This document shows positions 53,587-64,000 of a stretch of DNA of 64,000 nt, one piece after another. This DNA comes from Hemiscyllium ocellatum. Its lineage: Eukaryota. A program made the translations under genes and the position numbers. The notes under the pieces are model-generated. The model searched no databases. It was not told the DNA's origin and was given only the letters and a program-made list of their open reading frames with translations. Each line of letters opens with the position of its first letter. Positions within the stretch are counted from its first letter, which is position 1. The stretch is from NCBI RefSeq assembly GCF_020745735.1, contig NC_083410.1:59866117-59930116 (forward strand), given 5' to 3'.

Positions 53587-54999
53587 CATTGATCCCATTT
53601 CGTTCACTTATTGCTTTTGCTCTCTTAGGATTCACAAGGACTCCTCTCTTTTTCAGTGATATGGCCCATAATTTAATTCTTGTCCTTCCAAATTCACAAT
53701 TCTTATTCAACTTAAGGCCTGATTTCAGTAATGCTGTCAGATCTACATTATGTGTGATCAGCTCCAACTTTGTAGTGATGTGTATATTACTCCTTGTTTT
53801 CTTCCTAGGATTTGAAACATTTCACTTTCAAATATTTCTGGGGCTGATGATATTCCAAAAGTTAGGCAATTAAAAAGCAAAACATCCCAAAAAATGTGAA
53901 GAATGTGATTAATAGTCTTAATTCATAGTCTAAGAGTATATTGCCAAAAACTCAGTATTCATTTCATTGTCTCAGTGGTTTTCAACCAGGCTATCTGAGT
54001 TTCACTGTCAGATTCTTCCTTTCATTGGCAGAAGTTGTATTTCCCTGTGGCCCCTTATAGCATCACATTCAAGGAAACCTCACTAATGTATGAAAATAAG
54101 ATTGCATATATATTAATAACATGGCAATCTACAACGTATCACTGATATCAGCAGTCACATGCTATTGAGTGTTTGAAAAGAGAGGATGGAACAATCTTTG
54201 CCAGAGAGTTGTATTACAGAGGTCCATATCATGCTTGACGAGTAAATAAAAAAGTTGTTGGAACTTCCAAAAGTCAAACAGTAGTTACTCCTTGCGAAGG
54301 CAGAGTCCCAGATGCATCACAATAGGGGTAGAGGCAGTCTGAGCTAAGGGATCAGTCTCTCTCAGCTGTGTGGGATAAAACCTCAAGTTCCAAATCTCAT
54401 GGCAATTTAGCCATGAGGACTAATCAACTAAGGGTTGTATTAGTAAAGGCCAATTAAAAACGCACACAATGATGGAGTTTTAAATGTAATCATAAGTTGG
54501 ATTTGCAGACCAGAATCGATGAGAATAAAGTCAATAGCAAGCTTCAAGGGAGGCATTGGAAGAGTGACTGAAGTCAGAGGTGTACAGAAGCCCATATGAT
54601 GATAGCCCCAAATGAGCACCAGTTGAGTCACAGCTCCTGCCACCGCGGAAGGTCATATGAGCGGTCAAAGTTGGGAATTGTAGAAGAAGCAGTTGCAATG
54701 AATTAAACAGATACGTGGAAAAGCAGAAGCATAGAATTGGTAAGTTCCTTGGGTCTATAACTAGTGATGTATTCATGTGGCAGAAGGGAGAGGCCACTGC
54801 AGATATCAGGATGGCAGCACACTCGTGCTTGAAGGAAGTTAAAACATGGCTTGCCAGTTTCTTACTCAGTGAAATAATAACACTAATCACAGAGCTAACA
54901 CAGAGTGGTGTTCAGGGCTTGCCATGCTTCCCAAGCTGAATGGTGTGTTCAGGCTATGTGTACACCACAGACAATGAAATAAAGCAATCTATCTGGAAT

Positions 55000-57900
55000 T
55001 CTACCCAGTTCATCCACCTCAGGCAGATAGGCTGGTGAAACTAGCCAATAGCAAACCCTTCACAAAGTTGGAGACTGACAACAGTTTATGGAAAATACCA
55101 ATGGACTATGAATCAAGGTTGTTAATCACCTTTACATCTTTGGGAGAGATTGCTTTAATTGCCTAACTTTTGGAATATCATCAGCGTCATAATGTAATGA
55201 ACCAGACTTTATAAGAGATCTTAAAGTAAGGGAACCCTTAGGAAGCAGTGATCATCATATGATAGAGTTCAGGCTGCAGTTTGAAAGAGAGAAGGCAAAA
55301 TCGGATGTAATGATGTTACAGTTAAATAAAGGTAATTATGAGGGCATGAGAGAGGAACTGACAAAAATAGACTGGAAGCAGAGCCTAGCAGGGAAGACAG
55401 TAGAGCAAAAATGGCAGGAGTTTGTGGGTATAATTGAGGACACTGTACAAGATTCATCCCCAAGAAAAGAAAGATTATCTGGGGAGAGATTAGACAGCCA
55501 TGGCTGACAAAGGAAGTCAGGAAATGTATTAAAGAAAAAGAGAGATCCTATAAAGTGGCCAAGAACAGTGGGAAATCAGAAGATTGGGAAGGCTACAAAA
55601 ACAAACAGAGGATAACAAAGAGATAAATAAGGAAGGAGAGGATCACATATGAAGGTAGGCGAGCCAGTAATATTAGAAATGACAGTAAAAGTTTCTTTCA
55701 ATATATAAGAAACAAACGACAGGCAAAAGTAGACATTGGGCCACTTCAAACTGATGCTGGAAGGCTAGTGATGAGAGATAAGGAAATAGCAGGAGAACTT
55801 AACAAGTACTTTGTGTCAGTCTTCACAGTAGAAGACATGAGTAATATCCCAACAATTAAAGGGAGTCAGGGGACTGAGTTGAGTATGATTGCCATTACAA
55901 AAGAGAAAGTGCTGGAAAAGCTAAAAGGTCTTAAAATTGATAAATTTCCTGGCCCTGATGGGATACATCCTACAGTTCTGAGAGAGGTGGCTGAGGAAAT
56001 AGCGGAGACATTGGTTGAGATCTTTCAAAAGTCACTGGAGTCAGGGAAAGTCCCGGATGATTGGAAGATCGCTGTTGTAACCTCCTTATTCAAGAAAGGA
56101 TCAAGACAAAAGATGGAAAATTATAGGCCAATTAGCCTAACCTCGGTTGTTGGTAAAATTCTAGAATCCATCATTAACAATGAGATTTTTAAATTCTTGG
56201 AAGAGTAGAGTCTGATTAGAACAAGTCAACATGGATTTAGTAAGGGGAGGTCGTGTCTGACAAACCTGTTGGAATTCTTTGAAGAGGTGACAAGTAGGTT
56301 AGACCAGGGAAACCCAGTGGATGTGGTCTATCTAGACTTCCAAAAGGCCTTTGATAAGGTGCCACAAGGGAGGCTGCTGAGCAAGGTGAGGGCCCATGGT
56401 GTTCGAGGTGAGCTACTGGTGTGGATTGAGGATTGGTTGACTGACAGAAGGCAGAGAGTTGAGATTAAAGGTTCTTTTTCGGAATGGCAGCCGGTGACAA
56501 GCGGTGTCCCGCAGGGTTCAGTGTTGGGGCCACAGCTGTTTGCATTATATATTAATGATCTGGATGAAGCGACTGGGGGCATTCTAGCGAACTTTGCAGA
56601 TGATACGAAGTTAGGTGGACAGGCAGGTAGTACTGAGGAAGTGGGGAGGCTACAGAAGGATCTAGACAGTTTGGGAGAGTGGTCCAGGAAATGGCTGATG
56701 GAATTCATCGTGAGCAAATGTGAGGTCTTGCACTTTGGAAAAAAGAATACAAGCATGGACTACTTTCTAAACGGTGAGAAAATTCGTAAAACCAAAGTAC
56801 AAAGGGATCTGGGAGTGCTAGTCGAGGATTCTCTAAAGGTAAACATGCAGGTTGAGTCCGTGATTAAGAAAGCGAATGCAATGTTGTCATTTATCTCAAG
56901 AGGGTTGGAATATAAAAGCACCGTTGTGCTACTGAGACTTTATAAAGCTCTGGTTAGGCCCCATTTGGAGTACTGTGTCCAGTTTTGGTCCCCACACCTC
57001 AGGAAAGACATACTGGCACTGAAGTGTGTCCAGCGGAGATCACACGGATGATCCCTGGAATGGTAGGTCTAACATACGAGGAACGGCTGAGGATCTTGGG
57101 ATTGTATTCATTGGAGTTTAGAAGATTAAGGGGAGATCTAATAGAAACTTACAACATAATACATGGCTTGGAAATGGTGGATGCTAGGAAATTGTTTCCG
57201 TTAGGCGAGGAGACTAGGACCCATGGACACAGCCTTAGAATAGGGGGGGGGGGGTAAATTCAGAACAGAAATGCGGAGACATTTGTTCAGCCAGAGAGTG
57301 GTGGGCCTGTGGAATTCATTGCTGCAGAGTGCAGTGGAGGCCGGGACGCTAAATGTCTTCAAGGCAGAAATTGATAAATTCTTGATGTCACAAGGAATTA
57401 AGGGCTATGGGGAGAATGCTTGTAAGTGGAGTTGAAATGCCCATCAGCCATGATTGAATGGTGGAATGGACTCGATGGGCCGAATGGCCTTACTTTCACT
57501 CCTATGTCTTATGGTCTTATAAATATTTCAATGTGCAATATATCAAATCCTAGGAAGAAAACAAGGAGAGATATACATGACACAATGGAGCAGGAGCTGA
57601 TCACAGATAATGTAGCCCTGAAAGCATTAACATCCTAATATCTACAGTGATCTTATGAGTACGTCATTGAAAGCAAGCTTGATATTGGAATGAGAATTGT
57701 GAATTTGCAAGGAAGCTACTTAGATTTTGGGCCAGGTCGTTGAACAATCACAATCGTAAATTTCCACAACCAAAGACCGTCAACAAAATCCAGCAGTTTC
57801 TAGGAATGTTCAGCCACATTGTGAAATTCATGCTAAATTTGGCAATGATCACACGGTTTTTCGAGATCAGTTGAGAAAAGGTCAACAGTGGTTTTGGAGT

Positions 57901-58870
57901 CCAGAGCAGATAACAACGTTTTGGAAAACAAAAGATAGCTGAGTTTCTTCAGATGTGCTTGTTCACAGTGGTGGCTGTAAATATGTTTTCAATAGGATTA
58001 AGCACATAACTCATCGAGGTACAGGATAATGGTGTAAGAATGCCATACCACTTTACATCGAGAGTATATTGAAATAAAACAAAATTATGTAACTACAGAG
58101 AAGGACATTGTGACAGTAACATGGGGTTGTGAATATTTGCATAGATTTGACAGGATTGAAGTTTCAAACTGAGACAGATCACAAACCATTGGCTACATAT
58201 TAGGTTCCAAAGAGATAGTCAAAATACCATTACATATCCAGATGTTCAGACTTGGGTTAATGTATTACAATTACAGCAGTCTATGGAAAAGTGAAAGCTT
58301 TGACCACAGCTAACATATGTTTGAGAGCTACATTGGATCAATATGAAGCAAATAATTTAGTCCTCATTGAGGAAGTACCAACATTTTCTTTCCGAACGTC
58401 TGAGAGGAAGTTCCAGGAAACTCAAGAAGCACAAAAAGCAGATAGAGAATTTCCTAGACCAGGAAATTCTGCCCAGGAGGTTGATCAAAAATCAGTTCAG
58501 TGAACAAGCACTTACACAGATATAAGGAACAAATGAAACATTTGATCATAGTAATTTTCTAGGTTTCAATCAGAGACTTGAAGCACAGAAACCTAAGAGG
58601 GAAAAAATTGTTAGCAAAATTGTTAAGTGTAGAGCTTGTGCACAGCAGTCTGTCCAATAGCTGTAATACGTGCATCATCAATAGTTAAACATCACTAGAG
58701 TCCATATTATCTTTCAGTCTCCCAGCAAGGTCTTTATAAAGATTGGGGCGAGACACACTCGACATTTAAATTAATTGAGAGATTCACAGTTGAATCAGTT
58801 ACATCACTAGTTCTCCTTTTTATCCATAGACCAATGGAGAAACTGAGAGAGTAGTAAAACCATGAGTTGC
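55000..58870 (+). mobile_element. Highly decayed Gypsy pol relic split by a CR1 insertion
   Basis: RT-like CFNCLTFGISSAS|*IFQ across the CR1 junction; QQFLGM, ETDHKPL and CRACAQQSV motifs downstream. Confidence 0.7.
55190..57520 (+). mobile_element. Relatively young 5'-truncated CR1 LINE (APE end, RT, 3'UTR)
   Basis: PLGSSDHHMIEF, KFPGPDGIHP, NYRPISLTSVVGKILE, YLDFQKAFDKVP, SGVPQGSVLGP, FADDTKLGG, RPHLEYCVQFWSP; few disablements (frameshifts near 55450 and 57040, TAG at 56206-56208, G run near 57244). Confidence 0.95.
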
Positions 58871-59044
58871 TAATGATCAAAAACACTGACTAACTTTACT
58901 GAATCACACAACAATGGATATTCATAGATGAAGTTGGTAAAGGGTAGACAATTGAAAGTTGATCTTCCATTACTCTGTGGAAACCTCAGACCAAGCATCA
59001 CATCTGAAGACCAGGGTGATAGTAATTGAAAATGCGCAGAAGAG

Positions 59045-59768
59045 GAAACATAGAAATATTGCAACAGGAGTAGGCCATTCAGCCCATTCAGGTAGTCAGA
59101 TCAATCAATACAATCATGACTGATTAAATGCCTTTTACACCACCCCCCCCCCACCACCCACCACCCATCAACATAAGACCAGTGTGCCACTGGTAATCAG
59201 CAACCCATCAAATTCTACTTTCAACATCCTCATAGACTGAGCTTCTTTAATCATGTGTAGTAAAGAATTCTAAAGATGCACAGACCTGTGAGTAAAATAA
59301 TTTCTCCTCATTTCAGGCTTAAATGAGATCTCCCTTATTTCTTAATTGTGCCCCTTTGTTACAGACACCCCACAAGGGAAACATCTTCACAACTTCTCCC
59401 GTATCTGTTCCTTTAAGTATTTTTTAAGTTTCCAAAAGACACAGGCCATTCAGTCCATCAAGTCTGTTCTACCATTCAAAAGGATCATGGCTCATCTGAT
59501 AACCTTCTTCCATTTTCCTGCCATTGCCCAATGATCGTTGCTAATTAAAACAATGTCTATCTCAGCCTTGAATATATTTTTAAAAAAATCCAATCTCTAT
59601 AGCCCTCAGTGGTAAAGACTTTCATTACCATCTGAGAGGAGAATTTCCACCTAATCTCTGTCCTAAATGGGTAACCCCTTACTCTGGGATTATGCCCTCT
59701 CATCCCAGATTCTCCCAAAAGGGAAAGCAACTTTTCAGCATCAACCCTGCCAAATCCCCTAAGATGTG
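59045..59768 (-). mobile_element. Two CR1 3' fragments
   Basis: AACATAGAAAT...CAGGAGTAGGCCATTCAGCCC and CAGGCCATTCAGTCCATCAAG...GGATCATGGCTCATCTG reverse 3'UTRs. Confidence 0.75.
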
Positions 59769-60412
59769 TGTTATGGATCAGGCCTGATCCCTCAAAACAT
59801 TTTAAAGCAGGTAGCCCAGACCGGAACTTTGCTATTTATTTTTGGCAAGTGTATAGTGGATATTCCTGGAGTGAATTAGCTGATCCACCTGCCAAGTTTT
59901 AAACAAACAGATGTTATTTCCAAAATTCTGGAATGAAACACAAAGAACACAAAATAGAATACCGGATAGCTTATCCTATCCAAAATGAAAGACGATCCCA
60001 AGTTAATGATGCTGTTCCGAACATACTTGCACTAGTCCCAATAAACACATCTCTCAGCACAAAGAGTAAAAATGAAACAAACCAGTACTTACAGGTTTAA
60101 AGTCAGAGAGAGAGAGAGAGAGTACCAGGCCGGACTTGTCCCAGCAGCCTTTCTTCGCACACACTGCTGCTGACTGAATTAAAGCTCTAATCTAAACGGA
60201 GGCTAGCTGCATAGTTAGCTGGCCACTCCCCTTTGATTATATCTTTTTTAAGACATGAAAGCCTTAGATTGGAGGCATTATCTTTTAGGGGTAAACAAAA
60301 AGGGCCCCAAAAAACCTTTCAAACCCACCCAAACTGGAGCCTGGCCAATTACACCCTCTCTGGAAAAACACTCAAGGGCATAGTAAATTGTAAAAAGACC
60401 AACATTGTGATA
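59769..60412 (-). mobile_element. Probable 3' LTR of the Gmr1-like Gypsy element
   Basis: Plus strand begins TGTTA and ends GTGATA (degenerate TG...CA inverted termini); purine tract (minus AGGGCAAAGG, 60413-60422) lies between it and the RNase H end. Confidence 0.6.
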
Positions 60413-60950
60413 CCTTTGCCCTGAAAACAAAAATGAACCATTAATATCCAAAGATGGCTTCATTTTTCAAAACCTCAAGAAATAGCAGTTAGTACTCTAA
60501 AAAAACACATATACATTCACTGACTATAAACATGCTAACATGCATAACTACTTTCAGATTCAGTCTGTAGTTCTCCCATCACCGAACACCTCCTTCAGTC
60601 ATTTGAGTCTCAATAATGCATCAGCAATCACGTTTTCTCGACCTGCCCATGCACATTCACATTGAATGGCTGTAACAACAGGCTCCATTGAAAGAGTCTG
60701 GCATTTTTGTTCTTAACATTCTTCACGAATTTCAATGGATTATGATCAGTGTATGCGATTGTCTCAGATGCATTGCTGATAATATAGACAATGAAATGTT
60801 GTAGTGCTTGCACCAAGTGCAAAGTCTCTTTCTCAACTGTCAAATATTACCGCTGATGAACGTTCAACTTCCTGGAGAAATATCAGATTTTCTATCTTCT
60901 CGCCATCTTCCTGCAGGCGCACAGCACCGACACCCACATCAGCGCCGTGT

Positions 60951-61265
60951 GGGCGGCACGGTGGCACAGTGGTTAGCACTGCTGCCTCACAGCGCCTGAG
61001 ACCCGGGTTCAATTCTCGACTCAGGCGACTGTCTGTGTGGAGTTTGCACATTCTCCCCGTGTCTGCGTGGGTTTCCTCCGGGTGCTCCGGTTTCCTCCCA
61101 TAGTCCAAAGATGTGTGGGTCAGGTGAATTGGCCATGCTAAATTGCCCGTAGTGTTAGGTAGATGGGTAAATGTAGGGGTATGGGTGGGTTGCGCTTCGG
61201 TGGGTCGGTGTGGACTTGTTGGGCCGAAGGGCCTGTTTCCACACTGTAAGTAATCGAATCTAATC
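60951..61265 (+). mobile_element. Full-length young HE1 SINE inserted in Gypsy RNase H
   Basis: Intact A/B boxes, CpG-rich body, TAATC tail; it splits the DASD|VGVG motif. Confidence 0.93.
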
Positions 61266-62816
61266 ACTCGCATCATTAGCCACCTTGAATGGCTTTGTGT
61301 AACCAGATGTGGCTAATACCAGGGCAGTGGTTAACACAGCTTTCAGGCTGTCAAACACTCTCTGACAGTCTGCTGTCCACTGAAACTTCTTGTTTTTTTT
61401 CGCAATTCAGTGAGTGGAGCAGCAACACTGCTAAAATTCGGCACAAACATTTGATAAAATCCACTAAATCCCAGGAACTGTGGTACTGCTCTTTTTGGTT
61501 CAGGAAAGTGACTTGGGCTTTGACAAATTCACTTTTTTCTAGGTTTATCACCAAGCCTGCCTTCCAACGTTGATTGAATAATTCCGATAAATGTTGTAAA
61601 TGTCCCTTCCATGTGTGAATAAAAATCACCAGGTCATCAACATACACCACACAGTTGGGTAATCCAGCAATAACCTTATTAGTCAATCACTGAACTGTGG
61701 CTGGAGCGTTTTTCATACCAAATGGCAAGTCTTTAAACTGATACAGCCCATTCGGCATTACGAAAGCCAAAATTGCCTTTGCTCTTTCTGACAAAGGTTC
61801 TTGCCAATATCCTCTGAGCAAGTTCAACTTTGAAACATAAGTTGCTTGTCCCAACCTTTCAATGCAGTCTTCCAACCACAGAATTAGATATGTGGCAGTC
61901 TTTGTAACTGCATTGACTTTGCGATAGTCCACGTAACCGTTTGGCACCATCACTATAGATGAGCTCGAGTCACTGTAACTCACTTTGATTAGGTTGTCTT
62001 GGAGCATGTATTCAATCTCTTTCTGAACCTGTGTCAACTTTACAGGGTTATGCCTGTAAGGATGTTGCTTAAAAGAACAGCATCTCCTATTAAGTTAGTA
62101 CTTCCCAGTTTATTTTGGCATATCTCTTCATGTGATTGTAATAACTCAGGTCATTTCAATTTTTCTCAGGAAGGTAATTCAATAATTTATCCCAATTTTT
62201 GACAAATTCCTCATTGTCCAATTTAACTTGAGGAATATCCAATTTAGAATCCTCTGAACTTGGTTCTTCCCTCTGTTGTAATCATTAAAATCTTCTCCTC
62301 CAGATTTTCTTCCCTGTCAAAGTACCTTTTGAATATATTCATGTGACTCTGTGAGATTTCTTTCTGCCTAGAGTTCCTATCAAGTAGTTCACCTCACTCA
62401 ATTTCCTTTCTATTTGATAAGGTTCACTAAACCTTGCTTTTAAAGGTTCACCTATTACTGGAAGTAACACTAATACCTTATCCCCCATAGCAAAATTGCG
62501 AATTGTTGATTCCTTTTCTGCTTCCTGTTTCACTCTATTCTGCGATACTTTTAACTGCTGTCTAGCCAACTCCCTAGCTCTATTTAATCGGTCTCTAAAA
62601 TTTGACACATAGTCCAAATGTGTGGTCTCTGAATTCTGACTTACTAATTTCTCCTTATTCAATTTTAGTGGTCCTCTCACTTCGTGCCTAAAACTAATTG
62701 AAATGGAGTGAATCCCAATCGTCTGGATAGTCCTGACTATAAGCCCTCAACATGGTCTTTTGTGTCCGATGCTACCTTTCTAGCGTTCCCTGCGATTCTG
62801 GATGGTACGCAGTAGA

Positions 62817-63898
62817 GACATAGAGTCATAAAGGTGGCCAGCATGGAAACAGACTCTATGGTCCAACTGCCCATGCCGACCAGATATCCCAACCCAATCT
62901 AGTCCCATCTGCCAGTACCTGGCCCATATCCCTCCAAACCCTTCTTATTCATATACCCATCCAAATGTATCTTAAATGTTGCAATTATACTAGCCTTCAC
63001 TTCCTCTGGCAGCTCATTCCATACATGTACCACCCTCTGTGTGTAGAAGTTGCCCCTTAGGCCCATTTTATATCTTTTCCCTCTCACCCTAAACCTGTGC
63101 CCTCTAATTCTGGACTCCCCGACCCCAGGGAAAAGACTTTGTCTATTTACCCTATTCATGCCTTTCCTGATTTTATAAACCTCTATAAGATCACCCCTCA
63201 GCCTCTAATGCTCCAGGGAAAACAGCCCCAGCCTGTTCAGCCTCTCCCTATAGCTCAAATCCTCCAACCCTGACAACATCCTTGTAAATCTTTTCTGAAC
63301 CCTTTCAGGTTTCACAACATCCTTCTGATAGGAAGGAGACCAGAATTGCACACAATAGTCCAGAAGTGGCCTAACCAATGTCCTGTACAGCTGCAACATG
63401 ACCTCCTACTCTTGTACTCAATACTCTGACCAGTAAAGGAAAGCATACAAAATGCCTTCTTCACTCCCTAGGACCTTACCATTAAGTGTATAAGTCCTGC
63501 TAAGATTTGCCTTCCCACAATGCAGCACCTCACATTTATTAAACTCCATCTGCCACTCCTCAGCCCATTGGCCCATCTAATCAAGATCTCATTATAATCT
63601 GAGGTAACCTTCTTTGCTGTCCACTACACCTCCAATTTTGGTGTCATTTGCAAACGTACTAACTATATCTCTTACGATCACATCCAAATCATTTATATAA
63701 ATGATGAAAAGTAGTGGAACCAGCACCGGTCCTTGTGGCATCCACTGGTCACAGGCCTCCAGTCTGAGAAACAACTCTCCACCACCACCCTCTGTCTTCT
63801 ACCTTTGAGCCAGTTCTGTATCCAAATGGCTAGTTCTCCCTGTATTCCATGAGATCTAACCTTGCTACCCAGTCTCCCATGGGGAACCTTGTCGAGCA
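62817..63898 (-). mobile_element. CR1 3' fragment inserted in the Gypsy integrase core
   Basis: DKVPHGRL...PQGPVLVPLLFIIYINDLD...FANDTKIGG...VRPLLDYCVQFWSP; TAGA occurs at both junctions (62813-62816, 63899-63902). Confidence 0.92.
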
Positions 63899-64000
63899 TA
63901 GATTTGAATTGTTTTATTCCTACGCTGTCCATAACTTCCTTCAATATTTTGGATGTGAAGTTTGACCCTTGATCGGACTGTATCTTTCTTGGTAGTCCAT

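Larger units (their letters stand above)
60600..64000 (-). mobile_element. Gmr1-like Gypsy retrotransposon pol relic (integrase, RT, RNase H order)
   Basis: Minus strand: GLPRKIQSDQGSNFTS...FKS|TAYHPESQGTLER (IN); VDYRKVNAVTK...LLRGYWQ...LPFGMKNAPAT, VVYVDDLVIF (RT); DASD|VGVGAV...TVEKETL...YTDHNPL...RLFQWSLLLQPF (RNase H). Confidence 0.88.

Noticed and set aside
56269-57051. 260-aa reverse transcriptase ORF as a domesticated or novel RT gene
   Set aside because: Ordinary CR1 ORF2 segment bounded by a premature stop and a frameshift within a 5'-truncated copy.
23200-57520. Apparent sense-strand bias of intronic CR1 copies
   Set aside because: Several antisense copies also occur and the counts are too small to claim a bias.

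Overview
Eukaryotic, AT-rich, repeat-dense vertebrate DNA. The repeat set (HE1-type tRNA SINEs with (TAATC)n tails, many CR1 LINEs, short Penelope-type elements, a Deu-type SINE) points to a shark, probably a carpet shark (inference). One host gene is present: a CpG-island promoter (ZNF143/THAP11-type motif) and the first coding exon of CCDC85A (ATG 16133, phase-1 donor after 17084). I found no downstream CCDC85A exon, so 17085-64000 is probably one long first intron. The rest is decayed or nested mobile DNA: CR1, L2, Rex1/Babar, a Tx1-like 3' end, three Gypsy relics (one with Gmr1-type integrase-before-RT order), Harbinger relics, Penelope-like mini-elements and four minisatellites. I see no new protein-coding system. 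The best leads are: (1) a perfect 141-bp inverted repeat built from a decayed Harbinger transposase inside the intron; (2) TSD-flanked, partly palindromic Penelope-like mini-elements carrying a minimal hammerhead ribozyme motif; (3) absence of an intron I recall in human CCDC85A; (4) an A-tailed insert with 11-bp direct repeats in the 5' region that supplies the stop of an upstream ORF. All family assignments are by eye from remembered consensus motifs, not database searches, and boundaries of decayed repeats are approximate.
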